Part shown: positions 21,929-34,609 of the stretch, in pieces
Position numbering within the stretch: position 1 is the first letter of the stretch
How the letters are laid out: each line of letters begins with the position of its first letter
Position numbers and translations under genes: made by a program
Origin: Pseudogymnoascus verrucosus
Taxonomy: Eukaryota
Reading direction: 5' to 3' (one strand)
Assembly (NCBI GenBank): GCA_001662655.1
Contig: KV460209.1
Length of the DNA: 64,000 nucleotides
The notes under the pieces: generated by a model
The model's input: only the letters and a program-made list of their open reading frames with translations
Told to the model about the DNA's origin: nothing
Database searches by the model: none

Positions 21929-24206
21929 ATGAAGATGACAAAGATGATAAACCAGATTTTGGAGAATATAGTGCCTTCGGCGCCGACGAAGAAGCCCCTG
22001 GACGCCCAGGCTACAGGCTGGAGGGAGAACCTCGACGACGACGACCGTGCCGTTATTGCGCTGCGAAACTTGATCTTCGATATCTGTAACCAGAATGGCG
22101 GCGGGCACGGCGGCTCTGCTATCGGCATGGCTGCCATTGGTGTTGCCCTGTACAAGTACACGATGCGTTACAATCCTTCGAACCCGGAGTGGTTCGACAG
22201 GGATCGCTTCGTTCTCTCTAATGGTATGAGGTTGGAATTCTTTGCATGGTCGTATGTTAACCTGAGATTTTGTAGGACATACCGCGATGTTCTTGTACGC
22301 CTTGAACCATCTCGTCGGTTATGACGCCTGGACAATGGACCAGATCAAGGGTTACGGTAGTGCGAAGATGAACGGTTACAGCACCATGTGCCACGCCCAC
22401 CCAGAAATTGAGGAACCAGCAGTGGAGATCACCACGGGACCGCTAGGCCAGGGTATCGCTAATGCCGTCGGGCTTGCTGTAGCCTCCAAGAACCTCGCAG
22501 CGCGCTTCAACCGGCCGAGCTTCGACGTCGTCAGCTCTCGTGTGTACTGCATGACTGGAGATGGCTGCCTGATGGAAGGAGTCGCGCTCGAGGCCATATC
22601 ACTAGCTGGAAGCTTGCAACTGGATAACCTCGTTTTGATATACGACAACAATCAGGTGACTTGCGACGGTCCTCTTGATTGGATCAACGTCGAGGATGTC
22701 AACGCCAAAATGCGCGCATGCGGGTGGCATGTTCTCGAGGTTGCCGACGGTTCATACGATGTCCAGGCCCTAGTTTCAGCACTCCGTTATTCAGAGACCC
22801 TGGGTGGGAAACCCGTGTTTATAAACATCCGCACCGTCATCGGGCTAGGCACCTCCAATGCAGGAACTTACAAAGCCCACCACGGCACCTTTGATGCAGA
22901 GAGCGTTGCTCTTTCGAAGCGCCTAGCTGGTCAGGATCCCTCAATGACACATCAGATCTCACCCGCCGCCCTAGAATACTTCAGAGAGAGAAAACAACGC
23001 GGCCAGAAGCTACAAGGCGAGTGGGACGACCTAATCCGCAGTTACCAGTTGGCACACCCGGACCTAGCCAAGGAGTTCCATATGAGACAAACAGGAGACA
23101 ACGGGGATGAGTGGCGGAAGATGCTCGAGACGATAGACTCGGAGGCTTTCCGGGGCCAAGCAACACGTGAGGTTAACGGTTCCATTATCGAGAGCATGTG
23201 GAAAGCCCATCCAGCCCTTTTCGGAGGTGGTGCCGATCTAGTCAACTCCAACAAGGTTCCTTATGAGGCGTCCGAGGTATTCCACCCATCCGTGGGCTAT
23301 AAAGGCCGCTATTTGCGTTACGGCATCCGTGAACATGCTATGGCAGCTATCTCCAATGGTATCGCGGCTTACAATCCGGGCACATTCCTACCTATCACAG
23401 CTACATTCTTTATGTTTTTCCTCTACGTAAGTCATCGCGCTATCGGCCGAAGCCGGCTATAAGCTATTATGATGCATTGCAATACTAATCTTTACTTTTG
23501 CCAGGCCGCTCCGGGAGTCCGCATGGGTGCCCTTTGCCATTTGCCCGTTATCCACCTCGCAACGCACGACTCCTTCGCCGAGGGCCAAAACGGTCAGACT
23601 CACCAGCCTATCGAACTGGATTCCCTGTACCGTGCTATGCCTAACCTGACATACATGCGACCGTGCGACCCTGAGGAGACCATCGGCGCCTGGCTGCTCG
23701 CGCTCTCGAAGACTACGGGTCCGTCCCTGCTTTCGCTCGGCCGTGACCCCGTCGGCCCTGTGCCGAACACAAACCGCTTAAAGGTCGCCAAGGGCGCGTA
23801 CGTCGTCAAGGAGGCCGATAATGCGCAGCTCACTCTTGCTAGCTGTGGGACCAATATGCACTATGCCGTCGCGGCGGCCGAGAGTCTGTCCGCCTCAGGG
23901 ATTCCGACGCGATTGATCAGCGCTCCGAGCTTCGATCACTTTGACGAACAAGACAGGGCTTACCGCGAGTCGGTGTTCCCGCTGGATGGCACGCCTATTG
24001 TAAGTGTCGAGGAGTATGTTGCGACGACCTGGGCGCGGTACGTGACGGCAAGCATTGGAATGACCGGGTTTGGATACTCGGCTTCGAATGCCAGTAACTA
24101 TGACAGATTCCGGTTAGATGCAAAGGGAATAGAGGCTAGGGTCAGGGATTATCTAAAGGATTTGGCTGGTGGTGATGCTAGGAGGGCAGGATGGCGTGCA
24201 ATATAG
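21929..24206 (+). CDS. Transketolase of the dihydroxyacetone-synthase-like subfamily; 3 exons (exact start ATG uncertain)
   Basis: GGGHGGSAIG, DRDRFVLSNG/H, HPEIE..EITTGPLGQG, TPP motif GDGCLMEG...YDNN, YGIREHAM and the variant loop THDSFAEGQNGQTHQPIE. Confidence 0.93.
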
Positions 24207-24613
24207 ATCTGGTGAGGGGTTTGCACCTTAGTTTGATAGTACTATCTAGTAAAAATATCTTCGATTGCGAGGATAACCTGTTCTAGTAGTGTAATAGAAG
24301 TCTCTGCACTTATTTACTCGTTAAATAATTTATTTAGTAATGCATGTAACGCTAGGTCTTAAACTATAAGACTTATAGAGGTTTCGTCGCGTTAGTTTAC
24401 TTAACAGAGGAGGTAGGGGATTAGACATAAAGGCTTTTATAAGACACGTTACTAGTATATAACAAATACTATATTAAGTTGAGCATAAAGCTCCTATCTA
24501 AGAACTATCTATATAGTTAATAGTTCCCCTAAGAGCTATAATAATGCATTAATTTACTAATTAAAGTCTTAAGTTAGTAACATAGTAGATATTATATATT
24601 ACTTACTATATAA

Positions 24614-27265
24614 CAGTGTTCCCCGGATACGTATCCGGATACTATCCGTGAACTCTACGGATAGGATACAGTATCTGTGAGAAATCTATAGATATGTATC
24701 CGGATATCCAGATATGTATCCGGATACATGAGGCTTAAGGCTATAATAGAGTATATAAAAATGGAATTGAAGCTCATAGCTATAGTGTATATATATAATA
24801 ACTCCTATTCCTCCCGCTTATCGTCTACATCACTATCATCTACCTCTAGTAAATGGCCCTAATCCTGTAAGTAAAGTAGATATCTAACTGTTAATAGCGA
24901 CAGTCTGTTCCGTTTCTTGGTAATAATATCACTACTATTGCTAAATACCTGTTCTGATGCAGCTAATGTTGTAGGGATTGCAAGATGATCTCTTGCAATC
25001 TTTGCAATAACTAGATATTAGTACTACTTTGTAGCCTAATATTTAAGTATATTAGTCTGTGGTCTAGGACAGCCCTCGTTGTTCCATCTTTTCCATTCTA
25101 GCTCTTAATGAGAGGTTGTAGTTGTAACATATAAATCATCATTAGAGTCTAGCTCTAGTTGCTCCTTAACTTCTAATTGAATCTGTTGCTCAATTCTCTC
25201 ATTAGTAAGCTGATACTCACGGCTGTTATACTAGTTATATATAGCCCTAAATTAAGCTAATACTCGATGCCTTTTAGCATTCTTAATGCTAGTTGGCCAT
25301 AGCCTCTAAAATACAGCAAGATTTATCTATAGATCACAAACTGTAGCTATAGCTAAGTGACTATAACGCTAGCTTGTTGTTAAAGTATAGTATTTGTTAA
25401 GTTTAAGCAACGTAGCTATACAAGCTAGGCTAATTGTCGTCTAGTTACCAACTGCCTAAATTGTCATTTTAAGTCTCTCAATCATCTTAAGATATTTTGG
25501 AATAACGTAGTTTAGAGTTAGGTAGGCGCTTGCTTGCATCTTTTAAGACGGGCTTAAAAAGATCTTAAACAAATCCTTAAGACTCTAAATAATTGTCTAA
25601 TCTTCTAAAGTAAGAGCAATCTCTCTTATACTTAGATCAAAAGTCTATGTAGCATATATAGCAGTTATAGGATCTTGTAAGTACTTTGTAGTAATAAGCA
25701 TATAGTACGTAGAATTCCATCGAATTAGCATGTTAAGCGTTAGCTGTTAAGGCTTAAGACTAGCTATAAGTGCTTACCTTTATAGAGCGTCGTTCCATTG
25801 CCTTCGATTCTAGAATACATATATATGCCTCCATAGCTTTGCTAGAGTTATCATAATCTCTATATTACTCTCAACTATACGCGGAATCTAAGCTACGCCT
25901 AGCTCACATCGATAATCATTAATCTCTGCTAATAGGTTGGCTTTTAAGGCTTTAAGAGTAGCTTAAACTACAAGATTGATAATATAGGCGATATAGCGTA
26001 CGTTGCCTTCCTTAACAGTAAAGGGCTATAGTTGTTAAGATGAAATTAGATAGGCTTTAGCTAGTTTCTCAAACTTAGAGAGCATTACATTATTAACTAA
26101 GGCATTGTCCTGAGTGTAAGTAAAGATAGCTCTTATAATGCCTATTCCGTCTATAACAGCTTATAACTCCTCTATAAGATATTCACCGCTATGAATAGGC
26201 TCTTTAAGATGTATTACATTAAGCAAAGCTAACTGTTACTGCCATTTATCATTAATCCAATGACTAGTAACTGCTGCAAACTAAGTATAGTTGCAAGCTG
26301 ACTAGGCGTCTGTTGTAATTGATATTCGTCCTCTACTCTTAATATGAGAATTAAGCTCTACAATTAACTGCCCTTAGTAATATGAGAATTAGCAGAGCAG
26401 CTTACAGCTAACAGTTGTAGTAGATATACTAAGTGTAGTTGGGCTTAGGAAGTGTACTAGTTAACGGTACGTATAGCTCTCTATAATACTCAAAGACAGG
26501 TTATTTAATATAATAAATTATATTAACAATTCTCTATATTTTGCTTAGTGGAGTGCTAGCTTGAGTGTAGGCTGTACTCGCTAGCGAGGCTCGAAAAAGG
26601 ATGATGAATTGCTGCTTAAAGCGCTAGATATACTGATATTGCTGTTCTTGCTATTGTGTAGCTGCTCTAAAGCAGGGTGCTTTCTCTTATAATGCAACTA
26701 TAAGTTGCTAGTTGAGTTCTAGGTTGCAAGTTAGGGTAGTAGCTTGTAGCTGCAGCCTAGCTAAAGGCATTCATACTATATAGTTAAAGGTGCCGTTTTA
26801 AGTAGTAAACGGCTGTATAGCCTTATAGAGAAGAGTGATGTTTTAGTAATAGGCAAACTATGCTGTAGTGGCGGCTATAAGTAGACTAGAGTTCTTAGTG
26901 TAGACAGCGGCAGAATAGGGGTATTTAAGGGCGGGAGATTTAATTCTTGATAGCCTATAGGGGCTTCAATATTAGTGGGAGCATCTAACAAAGGCGAGTC
27001 GCTTATTTTGTCTACAGTAACAAAGTTATAGTAAAGCAACTCTCAACTCTTCCTATCGACGGTAATGGTAAGCGTAACGATGAATTTTCTATTCTTAGCT
27101 ATTCTTAGCTATTCTTAGCTATTCTTAGCTATTCTTAGCAGGTATCTGGATATGTATCTATAGATACTCATAGTATCCGGATACTCGTTGAATTCTTAAG
27201 GATACAAGTATCTGCATACAAGTATCTAGATACCCTAGATACTTAGGTATCCGTGGGGATCACTG
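24614..27265 (-). mobile_element. hAT DNA transposon, full length, RIP-inactivated
   Basis: 8-bp TSD CTATATAA (24606-24613 and 27266-27273). Imperfect TIRs CAGTGTTCCCCGGATAC / GTATCCGTGGGGATCACTG, with subterminal GTATCCGGA repeats. Minus-strand relic motifs TTDA(W)S, RWNST and IAKIARDHLAIP...SEQVFS...IITKKRNRL. Confidence 0.93.
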
Positions 27266-27273
27266 CTATATAA

Positions 27274-28520
27274 ATATATTAAAGATAAGCTATAGGTATA
27301 GAAAATAGATTATAGGTCTATAGAGTAAAAGAATAGGCTACTTAAGTAAGAAGACTTAATAAAAGCTCTAATATTTAAGAGTAAGATTAGGCTTAAGCTT
27401 AAGTAATTAGAGCTTTAGGCTTATAAGCTTAGCTTTAGCTCTAAACTTAAGCTAGAGCCTAGCTCTACTAAACCTATAAGCTTAGCTCTAGCTCTAAGCT
27501 TAAGCTAAAGCTTAGGAGCTTAGTAGAGCTAGGGTCTAGCCTAAGCTCTAGCTTAAGTTCTAGCGTAAGTTTAAGCTTAAGTTTAAGCTTAAGCTAGAGA
27601 GCTTAAGAATTAGAGCTTAAGAATTAGAGCTTAAGAATTAGAGCTTAAGTGTTATAGCTTACCTTACTATTAGTATTAAGGAATAGATTAGTTATAAACA
27701 CATATATAGAAAATAATAGTTATTAGCTAGAAAGGGATAAGGGGTCTTAGTTATTATATAATAGACTATATAGGACCTTAGTAGTCTAGTAAGGTAATAG
27801 TTAGGACTATAATAGACTATAATAGTCCTTTATAACATTAGGTATAATACTACTATATAAGTAGATAGTTAGTTCTTAGATAGGAGCTTTATACTTAACT
27901 TAATATAGTATTTATTATATACTAGCTAAGCCTAAGACTAAGCTTTAGGCTATAGCTAATCCTATAATTAAGAGAACTATAGTAGCTACTTAAAGAGTAA
28001 GGGTTTCTATAATATATAAGTATATAAAGAAGTATAATATCTAACACTTTAATATTAGAACTATAGTCTCTATAAAGGTGCCTTAAGAGGATAGAACCTT
28101 AACTAATAATAAAAGGCTCTTTATATACATTCTAAAAGAGCCTTACCCTTATAGATATTAGGTTCTTATATACTCTAGTATTATATAACACCTTATCTCT
28201 ATAAAGTCACTTAGAGTTATAAAGTAAGCTCTATAGTCTAATATTATTATTCTTATGTTTATAAAGTAAGTAATGCTAGGACTTATAGCTAAAGAGGCTT
28301 CTATAAGTATATAGGTTAGAATATTATGTTAATGTAAGGGTTAATGTAGTATAAAGAGGTACTGTTGTTATAAGGAAGTAAAGGAGTGTAGTGTATACTA
28401 CTATAACGATGATTATGACTATAGCTACTTATTAGGTCTAGCTACCTATATAGAAATTGCTTTAGTTAAGAGGCTAAAGTAGAAGTTGGCAAGAGCAGAC
28501 ACTACTAGACATATAGTATA
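27274..28520 (+). mobile_element. Heavily RIP-mutated partial copy of the Ginger-like integrase element
   Basis: 27280-27345 aligns with about 50665-50730, and about 27960-28510 aligns with about 51255-51800 (shared ATAGTCTCTATAAAGGT.CCTTAAGAGGATAGAACCTTAACT). Confidence 0.8.
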
Positions 28521-28605
28521 GAGTAGGCAATTCAATTCAATTCAATATACTAGTCTATTATACTACGTAGTGGTTGGTAGTTAGGCTAGAGCATATATAA
28601 TCTAG

Positions 28606-29858
28606 TTATAAAGCTACCACTGTTTTCACCACTAACTTCCCATCGGCATCTCGTGTCTTTCGGGCCATTTCCAGAGCATCCTGAACGAGATAAAGCCCCT
28701 TAAACCGGTGAGTTATCATATGAGACATATCGGGTAAAGTCTTGCCGTCTATTGGTGACCTGGTAATTGATGCCTTCGCAATTTCAATTGCTCTTGGGTA
28801 AGCATCTGCATATCGCCACGTAGAGACAAGATTGATCTCCCGGACTGAGAGCTCTGAGATTGGCAGTGTATGGTTGGGGATTCCCATGCCAACGAGGATG
28901 ACGCTTCCGCCTGATGCAGTGGCCTGTGTAGGACCGGTTGTTAGCTTACAGACAAAGCATGACATAGAAAGTCACTTACATAGATGCTAGACTGTAGACA
29001 CGAGTCGGCGCCTGTGCACTCGAAAGTTCGCTGCATCTTACCTATGGGCTCGCCATCCGGCCACTTCAGCTCCCCAATCTCTGTTGCAGTCGCCTTACTA
29101 ATACCCAGCTTGTCTTCCAAAGTCTCCCCTCTCTTGGGCTTTACCGCATACACAACAGAAGCAAACCCATGCTCTAGGGCAAAACCTAGGCGGCCTTCAT
29201 CAATGTCGACCATGACAATATCTTGACAGCCTGCCGCGCGCGCCGCCATAGCACACAGCAGTCCTACAGCGCCGGCGCCGAAGACCAGGCACGCACGCCT
29301 ATGGGAGATCATGTCCGGCCCTGCCCTATGGACAGCATGTACTGCGACGGCTAGAGGCTCGAGGAGTGCGCCCGCGTCAAAGTCCAGCTCCGGCGGGAGG
29401 TGATGCACCCAACACGCAGGGTGGTCCACAAACTCCTGGAGTGTTCCTTGGTAGTGAGGGAACTTGGATCCTGAGCTGCGAAAACGAAGTTCTGGGCATA
29501 TGTTGTATCTCCCACTGCGACAATGCGCACACTGCTCGCAGGGCACGCCGCACTCAAGCGCTACAGTATCGCCAACCTTCAAGCCTGGTCTTGCTTGGGA
29601 TGCGAGGGTTCCCACCGCGACGACTTGACCCGCAGCCTCGTGACCGAGACAGAGGGCCTCGCGGACTTGAATACTCCCATTGCAAAAATGGGTATAATAG
29701 TGTACGTCGGAACCGCAAATGGTGGTGGAGCGTATGGCGATGCGAACCTCATCGCTGGCAAGAGACGCGAGCTCTCTTGATTCGAGCTTCAGAGCCTTGG
29801 CCTCGTGAAGGTATTGGCCGCGGCTCTTCTCAGAAGAGATAATTGTACTATTAGACAT
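28606..29858 (-). CDS. Zn-dependent MDR polyol dehydrogenase (sorbitol/xylitol/L-idonate 5-dehydrogenase family); 2 exons
   Basis: ICGSDVH, LGHE, structural Zn site CEQCAHCRSGRYNIC, LRFRSSGSKFPHYQGTLQ, LLEPLAVAVHA, GAGAVG and VDID (NAD-type). Confidence 0.93.
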
Positions 29859-30020
29859 TGTGGGTAATGCTCTTTTTGACCGAGGTAAGATATGGAAGGA
29901 ATTGAATGAAGCGACGATGGAGAAACGAAATACCTTGATGGCCGTTGATGACCTTTAACTCCGGTGGCCGAGGGCGAGGTGTTACGCCCGTTCTTGAGGC
30001 TCGCCTCAAGAGCCCCGAAG

Positions 30021-30036
30021 CGGAATGAGATCTCCG
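30021..30036. promoter_or_regulatory. CGG-N10-CCG candidate Zn2Cys6 site
   Basis: CGGAATGAGATCTCCG in the MDR/BVMO divergent promoter. Confidence 0.6.
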
Positions 30037-30154
30037 CATTTAGCTACGGCCTAACTATTGTAAGTTGAGATATTATCGTTCGAGCCACCGAAAAGTGGCT
30101 AATGGTCTCGGACGTTGTTGCGAGATGCGTTCTCCAAAACAATTAGCGTATGTA

Positions 30155-30170
30155 CGGGATCTAGTTTCCG
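30155..30170. promoter_or_regulatory. CGG-N10-CCG candidate Zn2Cys6 site
   Basis: CGGGATCTAGTTTCCG in the MDR/BVMO divergent promoter. Confidence 0.6.
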
Positions 30171-30425
30171 AACATCTAAATTCGTGGCAATGTCTACCCC
30201 GCGAATGCGGATGCGATGGCAATAAACCCCATCGGATTATGATAGCCAGACTGGGGAAGCTAATACTCTTTGCTTCTAGCATGTGGCAAGATGTTTTCGG
30301 GTCTCGCAAGTACTTGGTTCCTAGCTCTTTCGAATAGTTAATATATTGTCCTTCGATCCTCTAAACAGAGAACTTATCATCTTGATTTTGCTTCTTAACT
30401 AAGTTGTCAACCTCCGCTTCTTATT

Positions 30426-32257
30426 ATGTCGGCACACGGTCTAGATGCTATCATAATCGGCGCAGGGCCGGCGGGCATTGCTATGGCCTATCGCCTGAAG
30501 CATGAGCTCAATTTTCACGACTTTCTCATATATGAGAAGCTCAATGGCGTAGGTGGAACGTGGAGGCTAAACAGCTATCCCGGATGGTATGTATAAATCC
30601 TAATGAGCTGTATATTCCGCAGTTAGATGCTAAGAGCTGACGAGACACTTCAATTTTGCTAGTGGCTGTGATCTTCAATCACATCTCTATTCCTTCAGCT
30701 TCAACCCAAATCCGAATTGGTCAAAGCAGCTGTGCGAGCAGCCTGAGATCCTCCAATGTAAGTTCTATCAAGCTTGTCGTTACCCAATGAACATGGCATT
30801 GATTATGAGGCTTCGAAACAAGACTGACCTATGTTAAAATAGACATGGAAGATACGGTTGACAAATTCAACATCCGCAAGCATGTCAAGTCGTCAATCGA
30901 GTGTACCGGTGCAAAATGGCACAGCGATATTGCTAAGTGGGAGGTTTTCGTCAAGGACCTCGAATCGGGCCTTGAGTACTCGCGCTTTGCGTCCATCTTC
31001 GTCTCAGCTGTGGGGGCTATCTCATTCCCGCGCAACGTCAAGTTCCCAGGCATGGAGAACTTCAAGGGTGATATGTTCCACACCGCACACTGGGATCATT
31101 CTGTTTCATACAAGAACAAGCGCGTCGGCGTTATTGGAAATGGCTGTAGCGCTGCCCAGGTTATTCCTGCCGTTGCCCAGAAGGCTGGCTTCGTGAAGCA
31201 GTACGCTCGCAGCGGGCAGTGGTTCCATGCCCGGCCAAACAGGCTCAACACTGATTTTGACAAATTTGTACTCCGCTGGGTTCCGCTCTGGCAGCGGCTG
31301 CTCCGCCTGAGTATCTTCCTCGAGGCCGACGAGGAGACGACGACCTACTTCCCAACCCCTAAGGGCCTCAAGGCTCGAATCGCGAAGGAGAAGGAGTCTA
31401 AGGAATATATCCAGTCCAAGGCGCCAGAGAAGTACTGGCAACACATCATTCCCAAGTTTCCGCTTGGATGCAAGCGTCGTATCTTTGACCCTGGATACCT
31501 TGACGCCCTCTGCCTGCCTAACGTTGAGGTGCTTCCCGAAGGTATCAAGGAGTTCACTGAGACGGGTATTATTAGCTCTTCGGGAATCCAGGACGACTAC
31601 GACATTATCGTCCTCGCCACCGGATTCCAAGTTTCTGAGTTCCTGACTCCCATGGAAATATTCGGCGCAGATGGGCGCTCGCTGCAGCAGCAGTGGCAGG
31701 AATGTCGTGGCGCCCAAGCATACCTGGGCACCTACGTCCACAACTTCCCCAATCTCGCCATCATCTTCGGGCCCAATACCTTCCCTGCCAACAACTCGGC
31801 CCTGTTCGCGTGCGAGACCCAGGTAGACTACGCCATAAAATCGCTCTTCACGCCGCTGATCGATCGCTGGGCCGACGTCCTCGAGGTCAAGCAGACTGTT
31901 GAAGACTACACGACTAATGCCATCCACGAGCAGCTAAACAACACCGTCTTCGCGGGAGGTTGCTCCAACTGGTACATCGGTAAACACGGCCGAAATGCTG
32001 CCTCCTGGCCCGGACTGGCGCGGTCGTTCTGGTTCAGTACCTACTTCCCTGACTGGTCGGCCTTCAACCTCGCAGGTGGAAGCAGGTTTTGGCCACTCTA
32101 CGCTGCTCGACGCTGGCTGACTACCATGAAGCCGCTTACAAAAGTCTTGGTTTCAATAAGCTTTGCGGCGGCAGCCATCATTTATGGAGGTTATGGAGCA
32201 AGGCTCCCGGCACTTGCTTCCCTGCGTAGCCTAGCCGCGAGGGTGAAGGCGTTTTAA
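30426..32257 (+). CDS. Type I Baeyer-Villiger/flavin monooxygenase; 3 exons
   Basis: IIGAGPAG, GGTWRLNSYPGCGCD, fingerprint FKGDMFHTAHWD (FxGxxxHxxxWD), second GNGCSA, GCKRR and ATGF. Hydrophobic C-terminal segment. Confidence 0.92.
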
Positions 32258-32780
32258 ATCGTATTTTGGGGTGGATTCGTAGACGTTCTTTCCTACTCAG
32301 AAAGTAGATTGCTTATGAGATCTTAGCTTTGTGTTCAATCTTAGACGGAGTACTAGTATAGCAGCTAAATATTAGAATGCGTTAATGTCATGCCTGCTCC
32401 TATTTATCATAAACGGCAGGTTTCTCAGCTCAAACGTTGGGGGTGTTATCAGGTTAGGTACGCCCTGGACCTCCGAAGTATTTCTGAGTAGATCTCAAGT
32501 CTTACAAAGTCCAAACGTCTTTACTTGAGCATCTAAACGCCCAATGAAGTGACCAATTTACAATGCTGCAATTTCACAAGAAAAAAACCTATCAAGAAGG
32601 GAAAATTGCAGCTCCAAAAACAAAATGAGAACTCGTGGTGAGGAAAAAGAGCTTTATTTTGCTTCGAAAGTATAGCCGCTCATACTATAGGGTAACCAAT
32701 TATACATTCAAGCATCCCAATGTCGCACGAAACTTATATTACCATATCCCACAACTCAAATAAAAACCTTTCATATGAGG

Positions 32781-34378
32781 TTATGAAGGGAAGAACTTGT
32801 TTTGAGCGCCTGGCTCTAAGCAGAAAGTACCTGATTCGGGTCGATAAGAATAGGCACTGAAATCAATGCCGTAAGGTGTCTAAATCGAGCTCGCGTCAGT
32901 AAAAGCCTTCCTCGTGATACAGCTTCTATGTGGAACTATGTAGAAATACATACTGGCTTAAGGCAAAAGCCCCAGTTTTTCGGTATCACCATCTCTGCCA
33001 GATCATCGCGGCGGAGATCCAAGAAGTAAGACAGAAGGACACGCACAACTGCCCGATGTGTCACAAGCAGCACATGATCCTTCCTGCGCTCCAGTTCTAG
33101 GATGACGGGCCGTAGGCGGGAGATGAGGTCAACATAGCACTCTCCGCCAAGGCCAGGCCACCTATATAGGAGTTTATGCTGTTTGCGGGCAGTGTAAACG
33201 GCAGGTTGACTTGTAGCAATCTCCTCGAACGTCAGCCCAGCCATGTCGCCTGCATTAAGATCGTCAAGCGTCTTCATCTGCAACTTTGTAAAAAGCTTTT
33301 CGCAAAATCCTAAAGCGGTTTGGGTGGTCTGAGGCATGGTGGAAGTCCAGATGCAAAAATCGAGAGGGCAAGACCAATTTTTGTGACGCTGTGGGTGTAA
33401 GGCGTCCTGTTTCCGTGTCGGATCGTCAACACTGAACCTTGTTGAGTCACGATTCTGAGTTCTATGACTTTGCCTCTTCTTTTCCCAACGTTCGCGCTCT
33501 CCGTGGATGAACCGAACGAGTGAAGCTGCATACCGCTGTCCGTTTTCCGTGAGGTCTGATCGCCTCCCTATTCTGCCAGCACTATCGTCTATGCTCTCGC
33601 CACCGCTGAATATCCATATTTGACGCTCTGACAAGTTGAAGTTAAGCATATACTCAACCACTCGACTTGAAAGATATCCCTGGATCAAGTGCGTGTTGAT
33701 CTTCCGGCCAACATCAATCACCTGGAGATAGGGGATCTTGTCTTGCTCTTCAACTTCTCCAAGTGGAACATATGACTTCTCGTAGAAGACGACCCTCTGA
33801 CGGAAATCCCTAAGGGCCTCATCAGGGTCTTGGCCCCTGTAGTCCGGTCCGTTGAGCTTCAGTTGGAAGTTGTGCTCGAGTATGTCCTGGTCGAAGCAGC
33901 AAGTTTCTATGAATAGCACTTCATTTAGAGTGCCACGTTTCCGCCGGATATGTGATAGTAGAATTTGGCGGCGCTCTTGTGTGCTGTTTGTCGCATCAAG
34001 TATCCCAATACTGCTGCTATCTTGTCTAGAGAGCCAATTGAGAAGTTCGTCTAGAGTTTTGAGGGCAATCTGGTCGCGAGCTGAGACCAGATCAGCGTTC
34101 GTAGGGTCGAAGAAGGCAGCGGAAGAAGAGAATTGACCTCTACTGAGATGTGATTCCTCCGCTTTCTCGCCACTTTGTTCTACATGCGCTTCTGCCCTAC
34201 GTCGTTCTCCAACGTTGAAGACACGGGCTTCATACTGTAACCAGTTCAGGTATCTGGACAATTTTCTGACGATGTAGCTTTTACCTCTGGCAGGTAGCCC
34301 GACCATGATGATCAGCAATTTCGGGGCTGCATCTGCTTCCTTGGCGCAGGGCAGATTAGAGAGTACAGAGCTGCCCAT
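32781..34378 (-). CDS. 6-phosphofructo-2-kinase with a degenerate fructose-2,6-bisphosphatase domain; 2 exons
   Basis: MVGLPARGKSY, VFNVGERRR, ILDATNST and KLNGPDY. The phosphatase motif reads IWIFSGGES. Last exon TPYGIDF...FPS* follows a GTATGT...TAG intron. Confidence 0.92.
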
Positions 34379-34556
34379 ATTCAAGATGGATGACTGATAG
34401 TGTCCCCCACCTGTTACAAAGTGCTATCTTTCAACGGGCGGCTTGGGTACAGCGTGGGTTTCCCCTGCCCGGTTTATGGGGCAAGAACAGTGTAACCGGG
34501 AGGGCAGAGCTGTCATATCCTTTCCTATTGGAGTAATTAAACCTTAATGCAGCTAA

Positions 34557-34609
34557 CGGATTCAATATCCCGATCGGCGAAGATCTAACGTCCCGGGATT
34601 CGAGAGCCG
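34557..34609. promoter_or_regulatory. Two CGG-N10-CCG candidate Zn2Cys6 sites
   Basis: CGGATTCAATATCCCG (34557-34572) and CGGGATTCGAGAGCCG (34594-34609) in the PFK2/ALDH divergent promoter. Confidence 0.55.

Noticed and set aside
21929..24206. Methanol assimilation (true dihydroxyacetone synthase) cluster
   Set aside because: There is no alcohol oxidase, DHA kinase or formaldehyde dehydrogenase nearby, no PTS1, and the acceptor loop differs from DAS.
31106..31927. 273-aa antisense ORF (likewise 59568-60263 and 62849-63520)
   Set aside because: These are shadow ORFs opposite GC3-rich coding sequence.
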